Notes under the pieces: model-generated
The model's database searches: none
The model's input: the letters and a program-made list of their open reading frames with translations, nothing else
Told to the model about the DNA's origin: nothing
Shown: piece by piece, positions 10,417 to 22,514 of the stretch
Layout of the letters: each line of letters opens with the position of its first letter
Numbering within the stretch: position 1 is the stretch's first letter
From: Blastocladiella emersonii ATCC 22665
Lineage: Eukaryota > Fungi > Blastocladiomycota
Assembly (NCBI GenBank): GCA_025594325.1
Contig: JANHCV010000014.1
Location: forward strand, 434,001-498,000
Direction: 5' to 3'
DNA length: 64,000 nt
Made by a program: the position numbers and the translations under genes

Positions 10417-12361
10417 ATGGCAGGAAAGAAGAATACGAAAGGTAATGGAACTTCCGGCAAGCACCGCGGCGCTGCTGTGCAACCGACTTCCGCGGGTCCC
10501 GCGGCCGATGCCCCGTCGCCGCCGCCCTTGACCTGCCGCTCGCGCATCTGCACCGAGGAGTCGGACGCCTTTCGACCCTACTCCGTTGCTCATCCGCGGG
10601 ACCTATTGATGCTCTTTGAAATCCCTACCACGGAGAACAAGACGGCCAACGACTCCCCCTTCCACGTCCTCGCAGTCGGATGCGGCGACCTCAGCGACGT
10701 CGCCCGCACGATTGACGACGCTTTCGAAAAGCACGTCGGGTCCGAGATTCACTTCTTGCTTAACGATATCCGCCCCGAGGTGCTTGCGCGCAACTTGCTC
10801 ATCCTACATGCGGTCACAGAGCGCGAATCGGTCGACGACAACACGATTACGCGCCTCGTCGCACAACTTTGGGACTCGCGCCTTATCGAACCCGACACCC
10901 GTGCATTCTGGGAGGACCAGATGCGTGCCTGCCTCAACCGCGACTGGACCGCTTCTTCCACGACCTCGCTCTCCGTTTTCGACACGGATACGTTGCGCGC
11001 CGTGCGCCATTGCTGGCAGTCGTGGCTCGACGTCGACTGGTCCGTCGAGACGCTTCTCGAGCACCGAGCTTGACCGCTCGCCGCTGCTCCACACGGCGCT
11101 AGCCGCATGCGCGACACGCTTGAGCTCGTCCTCGCTCAATACGTTAGCCTCGCACTTGGAGATCATGCTTGGTCCTCGGGACACTAACAATACCGCTCTC
11201 GTAGATCCACACATCACGTGTGCGATTGTGCCCAAACTCTTCTCGGCTTCCTTTGCAGCAGGCCGGCTCACTTGGTCTGGCGCCAAGCAGACTACGTCGC
11301 CGTCCGTTTCCATCCCGTCCGAGTTTTGGTCGAAACTGTTTCGTGCGATTCCCGGCAACTACATCGAGCTCGAAAATATGCTAATGCTTCACGGGTTGAT
11401 TGAAAGCCAAACCAGCGAGCAACATCTTTGCTTCGAGCTAAGCTTACCCCTTGGCAGTAGCGGCACCTCGTTGCCGCCCTCCGTTCTCAGCGCAGTGGTC
11501 GTACTTCAGGACGAGCAGTTTGAGTTCCGCTCCCTCGCGGTTGATTCGCCGCCATCAGACCCGCAATCCGTGCGCATCAGGCTGTTCTTGACCCAAGACA
11601 TTGCCCAACAGTTCGCTGCCGCTCCCGTCAGCGTCTACCGCCACTTTGTGACAATTCCTGGCGCTGCTTGCCCGCCCACCGAGCTGCTTGGTGGTCAGCC
11701 TTTTCCCCTGTCGACCGCGGCCGTGACGCGGGTCTCCACCGATTCTTTCCAGGCAACGGCCCGTGGCATCCTGGCGCGTCGCGAGCCACCGCCTGGAATG
11801 CCAACTGAATGGACACTTCCTGTCGCGCATGCTGTCGATTTTCCTGACTGGATTGAGCTTACGCTCACCATTCCGTTGCGCGAACGGAACACGATTATCA
11901 ACCAGTCAACGCCTCAATTTGAGCTACTAGAGCTTGGAGCGGCTGTGATCTCCGTTGGGAGCGATGGCTCCGTGCCTTATTGTCTTCCGTCACACGTTCT
12001 CGTTTCCGAGCTAATTGTGTTGCGCCAGCAACGCTCTGTGCGGCTTGTTCTCAAGCGAATTCTTGGCGCTTCTCATGTTGCATGCAGTCTTGCGCGAGGC
12101 ATTGATACTTTTGCTGGACCCGACCCCAATCGACTGGCTTTATATGCATCAGCTCGCAGCCACATCTCTAGCTCGGCCAGACGAGCTATCGCATTCCCCT
12201 CGACTGATCGGCACTTGAATGAGTTTATCCTCTTTATTTCGCTTGCTTCCTCGATCCATAAGGTCCCTCTCTCCGATGATCGCTTTCCACCCGAGTTTTA
12301 TGCACAGCTGCGACCGCAACTCCTCGAGAAAGTGATTCTCCCGCTTGCACCAGTCCTGTGA
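10417..12361 (+). pseudogene. DUF4470-domain protein, internally deleted and frameshifted copy (A)
   Basis: LAVGCGDLSDV..IHFLLNDIRPEVLARNLLILH is DUF4470-like. Relative to paralog B, about 0.8 kb is missing at ~11070, giving TGA at 11071; the rest continues in ORF 10616-12361. Confidence 0.75.
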
Positions 12362-12715
12362 ATACGGCTTTGGTGCAATGTCCCTGCTCCCTGCTCTTCT
12401 GCTTTCGCTAGTTCCTATAATACATGCAAATGTTGTCATCACATCACCGCGTCCCGCGTCGACCAGTGCGGCCGCCAGTCAATCCTTGCAATGCGCACGT
12501 GGAACTCGAAGCGCCCCAGACGACGCCTCAGACGGGCAAAGTACCAACAGTTGGAGCACCACAGTGCCTTGCTCGACTTGCGAGTCGGGCTGCCGTTGGC
12601 GAGCACCTTGATTGGACCCGTAATCGGTTGAAAATCATCAACGATGAGGCTTCGCAGGTGCGCTAGGCCGAAAGAAGAAGGTTCATCCGAGCGTTCATGG
12701 CGAGCGCGCGATTGA

Positions 12716-12774
12716 CGCGTCAGTGGTGGCGACCTGTCAAACGTGTCAACTTGTCTCTCACGGCCCGACGCGTC
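12716..12774 (+). repeat. Direct repeat, copy 1 (~60 bp; 28-bp identical core 12731-12758)
   Basis: The core gacctgtcaaacgtgtcaacttgtctct recurs identically at 18525-18552, with similar flanks (cgcgtc..gtggcgac; cacgg..gacgcgtc). Confidence 0.9.
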
Positions 12775-12959
12775 GTCTCTAAAGCATCCATGAAGCAAAC
12801 GCGCAAGTACCTTGTATTTGCAAGGTACCCGTCACGACTCCGCCGTCGTCCAAGGTGCTTGGTAGGCGCAGTAGCGTGGCACTATCATTGTGCAGAGTGA
12901 AGGGGCAAGAGTCAGCGAGTTGGTGAGGGTTGGGTGCTGACGCGCTCTCGCCGCGCTGC

Positions 12960-13495
12960 CGCCGCCAGGCAGGTACTCCGACGGCCGTGACCAGCTTTGC
13001 GGCTATGACGGCCACAATCCCGCCGCGGCTGCGGCCGAGTCCACCGACCATCTTGTTCTCGCTCAGCAGCAGCCTGTCGCGCCTCCCGCAGAAGCGCAGC
13101 CCGCCGAGCCGCGTGTCTCGCGCGATCCGCCGCGCCCGTCCCTACCCCCGCGGGACGACGACGGCCACGATCTCGCCGCTGCTGCGGCGAACCTGTCGGC
13201 GTCCTCCTCATCTTCATCTTCATTGGCATCGGGACCGGCGGGCGGTCCCGGGCCTGCTTCGCGCCCGTCTCGCGCTGCTGCTGGCCTCGGATCGCGGCCC
13301 GAGTGGGCCCGAGGTCCGGGCGTGATCCTCGCGCGACGGCAGCCCACGCGAGCCGCGATATGGGCGCGAATGACTGCCGAAGCGAGAGCAAACTTGCCCG
13401 ATGTGTACATGCGCGGGGAGAGCCGCGTACCAGTACGACCGAGGCAAGCTCAAGGGGAGCTGCATCGGGCATTCGAGTGCGCTGCTCGTAGCTAG
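12960..13495 (+). other. GC-rich coding-like gene fragment of unknown origin
   Basis: Core-gene-like composition; one frame reads ...AQQQPVAPPAEAQPAEPRVSRDPPRPSLPPRDDDGHDLAAAAANLSASSSSSSS... No clear start or family. Confidence 0.3.
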
Positions 13496-14288
13496 CGTCG
13501 AGTACGGCGGCGTCAGGGTCGGCGGGGCGGGCCAAAGTGGCGGTGAAGGCGCGAGCATAAGAACAGGAGGGACCGGGTTGAGATAACGGCGCGAGAGGCA
13601 GGGCAAGGTTACGGTGTCGAGAGAGCGGGTTGAAGGGCTCAGCAAGGCGGACAGCGCGCGGCAGTCGGATGGAGTGGTCGCCCGCGGCCGCTGTGCGAAG
13701 GGAGGGGAGGGGTGGGCGCGGGGCCGCCGGCGCTAAGTAGGCGGGCGGCGCCGTGCGCAGAAAATAGCCGCCAACGATGGGATTGGTGGCTGGGCACCAG
13801 TATGGCCCGGATCGGGCCACGATCTGGCCGCGAGCGCGAAGAAGCGACGCGAGCATGTGACGGTCAACATGAACGACGCGTCAACATCGCCGCCTCGCCG
13901 CCCGAGTTGGGCGCCCCATGCGCCCCTCCCATGAATTATTCGAAGCACATAACTTGCTGCAACATGCATACCGTCACTTCTTATATGCATCGATCTGCCC
14001 TCCGCGCGCATAACTTGAGGTCGACCGGCTGCCGTCCCGGCCCAGCGCGCTCAAAGAGAACGCCACGTACTTGACACTCGCAGCGAGCGAGACTCGCTTC
14101 CTCAATCGAATCGTACGTTATTCATGACCATCGCACTCGATCCTGCCCTTGGTGGACCCCACGATACTGCTCGAAGCGGCGTCAAGGTTTCCCAGCTCGG
14201 ACACCACTGCTTTTGTGCATGCTCACCAACCTCCTGCATCGTTTTTCGAACCGTCTAGGGCGTCGTTTTTTGTCCCTTCGGCAGCGCT

Positions 14289-17200
14289 GTGTACATCCGT
14301 ATGGTCGATCACTTCATCCCGGTCCCGGGCGACTTCACAACACCAACAGCAACTACGCCAACGTCGATCCGATCGTCGAGCTCGTCGAGTCGGCCGGCGT
14401 CGACGCCGTGCGGGCCGGCTGGGGCCACGCCTCCGAGAACCCGTGCCTGCCCAACTGCCTCGCCGAGAAGGGCATCGTCTTCATCGGCCCGCTTGGCAAC
14501 ACCATGCGCGCCCTCGGCAACAAGATTTCTTCCAACGTCCCCACCATGGGCTGGTCCGGCGACGGTCCCATCACCGACGCTTGCAACGCCAACGGCAAGA
14601 TTGACGTCCCCGAGGACCTTTACCTCGAGGCGTGCGTCACCGACGTCGAGCAGGCCATCGAGGTCGCTGATCGCGTGGGCTACCCGCTCATGGTACGCTG
14701 ATTCTGTATCTATCTGACGCGCAACTGACCAGCTCGCTCACACCACGGTTCCCTTACGACGTGACCAGCAACAAGTACTGCTTCCCCAAGCACAACCCGC
14801 GCCTGCAGGTCGAGTACCCGACCACCGAAATGGTGTCGGCCGCCAGCGTCCCCGCGGCGCAGCTGCAGGTCGCCATGGGCATCCCGCTGCACCGGATCCC
14901 GCGCATTCGTTCGCATGCTGTACGGGCTGCAGCCGCACACCACGTCCGAGATCGACCTCCACTTCGACCACCCGCAGTCGCTGACGATCCAGAGCGCAAG
15001 CCGACGCCAACGGGCCACGTCATCGCGTGCCGCACCACTGCCGAGAACCCGGACGCCGGGTTCAAGCCGTCGGCCGGGCACCTCGTCGAGCTCAACTTCT
15101 GGTTGCCAACGGCCGTGTGAGGCTGCTTCTCTGTGTCGGCCAACGGCGGGCTGCACGACTTTGCCGACTCGGAGTTTGGCCGTACGTGTTTTCACGTACG
15201 GCCACGACCGCCACTCGTCGCGCCGCAACATGATCATGACGCCCAAGGAGCTGCGCATCCGCGGCGACTTCCGCACGACCGTCGAGTACCTGATCACGCT
15301 GCTCGAGACGGACGAGTTCGCCAGCGACCACTTCTCGACCGAGTGGCTCGACGCACGCATCCAGCAGAAACTCACCAACACCGCCACCGCCAAACGGCCC
15401 GACCGCTGGGTCTTGGTCGTTACGGGCGCCGCCACCACGACCTACCTCGCCGCCGAGGACCAGAAGACCCAGTTCCTCAAGTCGCTCGGCAAGGGCCAGG
15501 TCCCAATGCATCAAGGACCAGTTCTCGACCTCGTTCATCCTCGACGGCGTGCGCTACGACATTGCCGTGACCCTCGCCGCCCGCGACCTGCTCGTCCTGC
15601 GCCTCAACGACTCGCACGTCGTGGTCCGCGCCCGCGCGCTCCCCGACGGAAGCGTCCTCGTCACCTACACGCAAAAGTCGTACGTCACTTACGCGTCCGA
15701 CGACTAGGCCGGTGACCGCCTATCCATCAATGGCCGCACCGCGGTCCTCGACCAGAAGACGGAACCAACGCAGCTGCGGTCGCCGTCGCCCGGCAAGCTC
15801 GTGCGCTGGCTCATCCCCGACGCCGGCCACGTCGACGCGGGCCAGGCGTTCGCCAAGATCGAGGTCATGAGGATGATCATGCTGCTCGTCGCCACCAACG
15901 CCGGCACCCTCGCGCCCGGCCGCAAGCAGCCTGGCTCGCCCATCGCCGCCGGCGAGATCCTCGTTGTCCTCGAGCTCGACGACGTGTCGCAGGTCAAGCC
16001 CGCCGAGGTCTGCGCCGAACCGTTCCTGTTTTTGATCGCCCGCTCGACGTCGTCGGTCTCGTTCCTCTTGGCCGCCACCGCCGCGTCCGCGGCCTCGGCC
16101 GTCGTCGTCGGTAAGGCCAACAAGGCGCACCAAGGGCACCTTGACCTGCAGCAGGTGCTCGACCAGGCCGTTGACGGGTTCGAGAAGGTATAGCCCATCG
16201 CGTCGCTCCTGGCCGCGTGCCTCGACGTGATCCACCGCCCCGAGCTGCCGTTTCTCCACACGGCGCAGGTCCTCGGCAGCTACCACGGACGGTTGCCCAA
16301 CGGGCTCGAGGACAAGCTGCTGGACCTCGTGTCGCCCGCGTCGCCCGCGTCGACCGACACGCCGCTCCCCGCCGCCGAGCTGCTCGCGCTCCTCGCCACG
16401 ATCTTCGACCAGGCGGCCATCGCGCCGATCCTCGAGGTCGTCCGCAAGTACGAGGCGGGCGCCGACGCGCACGCCATCGCCAAGCTGAACCGCCTGGTCC
16501 GCTAGTTCCACGCGTCCGAGTCGCCGTTCATGTTGGGCGGCGACGCCGTGCACACCGAGAAGACGGTGCTCGAGCTCCGCACCCGCATGGAGCCCGAGGC
16601 GCTCTACTGGACGTGCTTCTCGCGGTCGCGCGCCGCGTGGAATGGTAAGGCGATCGGGGCCGTCCTCAACCTCGTCGCCGCCCAGCGCTCGGTCCTCGCT
16701 CGCTCGCCCAACGTCCAGAAGCTGTGCACGGCGCTCCACCAGCTCGCCGAGCTCGGCAGTGCCCCCGCTGTTTCGGTCGCGGCCAAGACCAAGGGCGCGC
16801 AGTCGGTCCAGCTCCGCGCTCGCGCCGTGCTCATTGCGCGATGCAGCTGCCCGGGTTCGACGAGCGGTACCGCCAGTTCTGTGACGTGACGCGCGCCGTC
16901 GCGGGGCTGCTTGAGGCGTCGCCCGCCGCGCACGAGGAGGCCATGAACCTGATCAACTCGCCCTTCTTGATCTTCGGCGTGCTGCCCTCGCTCTTCTACG
17001 AGAACGACGTGCCCACCGTCGACCGCCTCATCGCCCTCGACATGTACGTGCGCCGCGCCTGCAACACGTGCCGCGTCCACGCCGTCAATATGCACGACGC
17101 GTCCCCGTCCCGCTCGTCGAGTGGCACCTCCAGTTCTCCGCTTACGACCTCGGGATCGGCAACGCGTCGGCCGCCGCCGCCGGCGGGTCCGCCTACGACA

Positions 17201-18479
17201 ACCCGCGCACGGCGTCGGTCTCGGACATGACGCTCATGATCAAGCGCGGCGACCTCGGGCCCGTCCGCGTCGGCGTCATGGCCGCCGTCCGCGACGCCGC
17301 CGAGCTCCAGCAGCACCTGCCCGCGATCCTCGCGCTGTTCCCGCAGGTCGTGGCCAAGAAGCTCGGCCGCACCGAGCCGTGGCACGCGCTCAACGTCGCG
17401 GTCGAGGTGCCCGCGGCCAACGCCGAGGACGACGAGGCTCACGGCGCCGACGCCGGCGCACCGCTGTCGTTGCTGTTCGGGTCGCTGCTCGCGTCGTCGA
17501 CGGCGGTGCTCCGGTCGCGCGGGATTCGCCACGTCACTATGATCGTGTACCGCAAGGGTCAGTATCCGCGGTACTTCACGTTCCGCGAGCGGCTCGCGTT
17601 CGGCGAGGACGCGACAATCCGCAACATCGAGCCGTCGCACGCGTTCCAGCTCGAGCTGTACCGCCTCGCGCGCTTCAACGTCGTGTCCTTCGCCACGCCC
17701 ACCAACCGCAGGATCCATGCCTACCACGCCGTCGGCAAGGACAACGCGCTCGACTCGCGCTTTTTCGTGCGCGCCCTCGTCCGCCCCGGCCGCCTCACGC
17801 CCGGCGCCGGGCAGCGGTCGACGGTCGAGTACCTCACGGCCGAGACCGACGAGATCTTCGCCGACGGGCTCAACGCGCACGAGATCGCGCTCGAGCTCGT
17901 AACCAAGCAGTTTACGCGGGGTAACCGCACCTCGTGCGGCCCGCCGGCAACCTCGTCGACGCCGTCGAGCTCGTCTTCGGAGAGGACGGCGCCCTGCGCA
18001 AGGCCACCCGCCCCTATCGGCTCCAACACGTGCGGCATGGTCGCGTGGCCCATCGAGATGAAGACGCCCGAGTGCCCGCGCGGCCGGTCCATGGTTCTGA
18101 TCGCCAACGATATCACCTTCGTCATCGGCTCGTTCGCTCCGCAGGGGGAGGACGTGGTAGCTGCCGCGTCCAAGCTCTCCCGCGAGCTCGGCGTCCCGCA
18201 CATCTACGTGTCCGCCAGCTCGGGCGCCTGCATCGGCCTCGCCAACAAGGTTCTCGCCGCGTACCGCATCGCGTGGATCGACCCGTGCTACCCCGCCCTC
18301 GGGTTCAAGTACCTGTACCTCATGCCTGAGGACCGCAAGCGGCTGCGCGACTCGGTCACCATCGAGCGCGTCGTTGACAACATGACGGGCGAGACGCACA
18401 TGCGCATCGTCAACATGATCGGCACCAAGAATGGGCTCGGCGTCAAGCACCTCATGCGCTCGGGCCTGATTGCCAGCAG
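14289..18479 (+). pseudogene. ACC1: Acetyl-CoA carboxylase (ACC1) partial pseudogene
   Basis: Collinear ACC motifs across shifting frames: YIRMVDHFIPVPG, NYANVD, AGWGHASENP, FIGP, NPRLQVE, HVIACR.TAENPDAGFKPS, LRSPSPGKL, EVMRM (biotin motif), RNIEPSHAFQLEL, IANDITF.IGSF, SGACIGLA. In-frame stops at ~15118, 15704, 16188 and 16502; truncated early in the CT domain. Confidence 0.92.
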
Positions 18480-18508
18480 TACGTTTTCTTCAGGCGTTCG
18501 TGGCAGGG

Positions 18509-18568
18509 CGCGTCGGGTGGCGACGACCTGTCAAACGTGTCAACTTGTCTCTCCACGGTCGACGCGTC
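18509..18568 (+). repeat. Direct repeat, copy 2
   Basis: Same-orientation copy of 12716-12774, about 30 nt after the last ACC-homologous codon. Confidence 0.9.
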
Positions 18569-18678
18569 AACTCCACCGCACGAATTGCACGAAAATGAAG
18601 CGAGTGCACAATAAAAATGGATAAAAAACTACTAGCAACAACAAGAAAAGGAAAGGAAGAATTCAATGAGATAGGGCA

Positions 18679-21600
18679 TTAGTGGCGCACTGGGTGGAGG
18701 GGCAGAAGCAACGAGTCCATGAGGTTTGGGCGGAGCCGCGCGTAGAAATCGGCTGGAAAGCGAGAGTCCGATGCCGGAACGACCAAGCCCGGAGAAGTGA
18801 GGGCATTAACCAGACAAAGATCACGAAAGAAACTATCGCTAGATGCCATCGTGACCGTCCGCATCGCCGAGGCAGGGATTTGGTCCCGCGCGGTCGCAAG
18901 CAGATTCAAGATATCGGGGGTGGCCCTATCATAGTTGTTCAAGCCAAAATCGGGCACGAAAGGAAGAGCGCATTTGAGGGCCGGCGTCGGTGCGAGTCCA
19001 GGGCCCGCTGGGGAAACTAGCATCAGCCCGTGTGGAATCAAGACAGAGAGCACGTTTCCGTTTTCGCCTGAGCGGAATTCAATCAGCTGCGTGGCCGGGT
19101 CCGCCGCAAACGCAAAGATGGCCTGGTTTGTTTCGATGGCAAGCTTCGCAAGAGCATGGGCCTCGGATCCCGCAAAGGCATCGCCGATCTCGGTCGCGGC
19201 GACCTGGTCAAGTGCGAGCTGCATAGGGAGCGCCCCCGCGAGGTATGGCTTGCCGTACCCATATCTCGGAGGCGCACGAAAGACGGCGCTGGAAAATAGC
19301 GCGGCACCAGAGATCCGTTTCAGAACAAGTAGTACTGAACGTTTTTCGCGCGAAACAATGACGTCGGTGATCTTGACGTTCGACGCAAGAAAGTAATAGT
19401 CGTCCAAAAGCTTTTTGCCAACCGAAATGGTCGCCGCGCCATAAGCAGGCTGGTTGCCCGGCTTGGGACTCGAGAGTTTCTCGCGCTTTGGAAGAGCGAG
19501 AGTAAGCTCGATGCGGTCACCAAGGTCGGCAGCATGCGTGGCAGGCAATGCCACTTCCAGCGATCGCGCGCCGTGCGGTGGCTCGCGGCGTGACAGAATG
19601 CCACGGGCCATCGCATGGAAAGTGTCAGTGGGGATCCGCGTCATGGTCGCCGATGAGAGCGGAACAGGCCCACAGCCAAGAAGCTCGCTAGGCGGGCAAG
19701 CGATACGGGGTTCCGCCGCAAAGTCGCGGTAGAAGCTGACCGATGCGCTGGCGAAGCGGTCGGCGAGATGCTGCGCCAAGTAAAGCTTGACGCGCACAGA
19801 TCGAAGCTCAGTTGGCAACGGGTCGACCAGGAGCGACCGAAACCAGGTTGGCTTCTCGCGAAGCATGAGTTGAGCCGCCAAGAATGACGGGGGCTTTGCG
19901 GTGCCGTCTCTGGCAAGCGGCAAGACGAACTCGAAGCAGTAGTGTTGCTTTGTCGTTCCGCCCTCAGAAAGCCCGTAAAGCGAAGCCGTATTCGTCGCTT
20001 CGATGCGGTTGCGAGGCGCAGAGTCAAGAAGTTTCGGCCACAAGTCGGATGGGAAGGCTGTGGAGAGGGACGTGGGCTGCTTGGCGCCCGACCAAGTGAT
20101 CCGGCCTGCTGCAAGCGCGCCCAGAATAAGCTTTGGAACTATTGCGCCGGTGCTGTGCGGAGCGACTACATTGGTTGAACCGCGATGTCAACAACGCGAG
20201 CATGGCTTCGTGGTACGAGACCGACGTACCGAGCGGGAACGAGTCAAAATGAGCACCACAGCTGGCCAACGCATCGACAAGAAAGGTCGACTTTTCCAGC
20301 GAGATGGGAACCGTCGGGGGCATCAGACGGTAAAAGGTCAAGTACTCGATAGGCCGATGGATGGACTCGTCCAACGGGAGAAAATTTGTCAACAGGTTGT
20401 ACCAGTGCTCGTCCGCGGGCAGCTCGAGAAGCCCTACCCCAAGAAATGTAGTCAACGCTTCAGTGGGAAGCCCAACAACGGAAGTCAAGTATTCCACAGC
20501 CGAGGAAGCAATTTGCGCGACCCGAGCCGAATAGGTTAAGATCAGCGGTTTTTCAATCGAATAGCGATAGGGATGCTTAAGTAGCGGAGAATCGTGGATG
20601 AGCAAATTGAGGAGGCCAACCGAGTCCTGGAGATTGTTCGTGTCCACGATGTCAAAGCGCTGTCGTTGGTCAGCAGCAAGTACCTCCATGAACTGAAGAG
20701 AATGACCGACTGCAACCAAGAGTCGGTGGCGGGGGTTCGCATCGTGACAAAAACCAGCTCGAAGCGCCGTGGCCCAATCCCAAATTTCGCCAAACAAGCC
20801 CGAGTCAGGCGATTCGGTTGTGACATAAATGTCGAGCGACTCGAACGGGAGCGTGAGATTAGGCACGGCGTAGTACACAGTACCGTCAGCGCGAGCTAGA
20901 AGGAAGGTTGGGTTGACGACAGCCGTGGGGATGGAGGTGGGATCGACGGTAAAAGTTTGGTCGGCGGCGTGACGTTCCGCCGTGCACGCAATCCGGCTCG
21001 CGCGCGCTCGCGTCAGGTGCTTGCCGAAGCGGGCCTGGTTGCGCTCCACATAAGCCTGCGCAAGCTGCCTTGCGGTCGATTCGCGAATGGCCGGGTCCCG
21101 GTGCGACTTGAGGTACCGCGCCCGGTGCTCGTGGAGCGTCTCGACGGACCAGTCGACGTTGAGCCAAGACTGCCAGCAGTGGCTCACGTCACGGATAGTA
21201 GCCGCGTCGAACATGGAGAGCGAGGTCGTGAACGAGGCGGACCAGTCGCGGTTGAGGCAGGCGCGCATCTGGTCTTCCCAGAAAGCGCGGGTGCCAGGAT
21301 CGAGCAGAAGCGAGAACCAAAGCTGCGCGACGTGGCGTGCGAGAGTCTCGTCGACAAAGGCGCTCGTGGAGACGGCGTGAAGGATAAGCAGGTTGCGCGC
21401 GAGCACCTCGGGACGAATATCGTTTAGCAAGAAGAAAAACTCGGAGATGCCTTCATTGGCTTGGGCCTCCTTCAGAGAAAGGTCGCGGAGGTCGCTGCAT
21501 CCAAGCATCAACACGCTCTGGCCGATGTTCGGGCCGTCCGGTTTCCGATTTTTTCGAGGTCAACTTGGTGATACATCAAAAGGTCACGCGGGTGGGCGGT

Positions 21601-21774
21601 GCTGTAGGGACGAAAAACATCCGACTGCTCGTCGCAGATCCGCGACGGGCAGGTCAAGGCGGGCGGGGCGAACTGACTGACGCCGAGCTCAGGACCCACG
21701 GGCGAGTCCTGCCTAGCCGTTACACGGCCGTTGCCGGAAGTTCCATTAGTTTTCGTTTTCCTTTTCGTGCCCAT
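18679..21774 (-). pseudogene. DUF4470-domain protein, near full-length copy (B) with two frameshifts
   Basis: ORFs 21508-21774, 20024-21514 and 18679-20043 are successive frames of one protein homologous to copy A (e.g. CPSRICDEQSDVFRPYSTAHPRDLLM; FLLNDIRPEVLARNLLILHAV). Shifts at a T6 run (21549-21554) and at ~20180. Confidence 0.75.
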
Positions 21775-22514
21775 GATTCATCGCAAGGAACGGGGATACG
21801 GTGCGGGCGGTGGCGAAGTGAGGCGTCTCGGGCGTCTCGGGCTGTGGCGCCTGCCTGCCAAACCCATCATCATGTCTCGCGTGGCGCATCGCGTCGCGAT
21901 GCCGGGCGGTTCGCCACGTCCGGCCTTGCGACCTGCAGCAGTGGGTATGCGATAAGCTCTAAATGTGGCACAATACACTAACCACGCGTATTAGACGTGG
22001 CACGGTGCGTCGGAGCTCGAAGCACGCAACGCGACGCGACTGAACGTGTAAATGTCACCATGCAGTAGACCGCAACGAGCTTTCAAATGGCCCTGATTTT
22101 TCACGAAGGCTTGAACTTCACCGTGTGGCTGGGACGTGCCCGTTGCGACTACAGCGCGTCCATTCACGCGAACTTCAACATCTTAACACTGCCGTTGAGC
22201 GCAAACCCCGTCAGCCGACCGCCTCACGGCGCAGATTTGGGCCGCGCCAAGACCTGATACCGAGCTGGACAAGTTTTACTAACCATATGCTCGTTCTTGA
22301 GCAGCGCTCTAGAACACGTTCATCGATATAGTCGCTCGCTCGCTCGCACAAACATGGCATCAAGTCCCCTCCGACTATGTCAAACGAGAAATTTTTTAAA
22401 AACGAAGGAAGCGAGGTCGCAAGAAATCAAGAAAATATGGCGAGATCCGTGCGCGTTACCAGCGACAACCGCGAGCTCACGTAACAACGTAACAACGTAA
22501 CAAGGCGATCACAT

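Noticed and set aside
14289-18479. RIP-like directional C-to-T mutation of the ACC duplicate
   Set aside because: Inferred changes include T-to-C, A-to-G and G-to-T as well as C-to-T/G-to-A; no clear directional bias by eye.
14289-18479. ACC fragment as a retrocopy
   Set aside because: It retains intron donor sequence and has no poly(A) tract.
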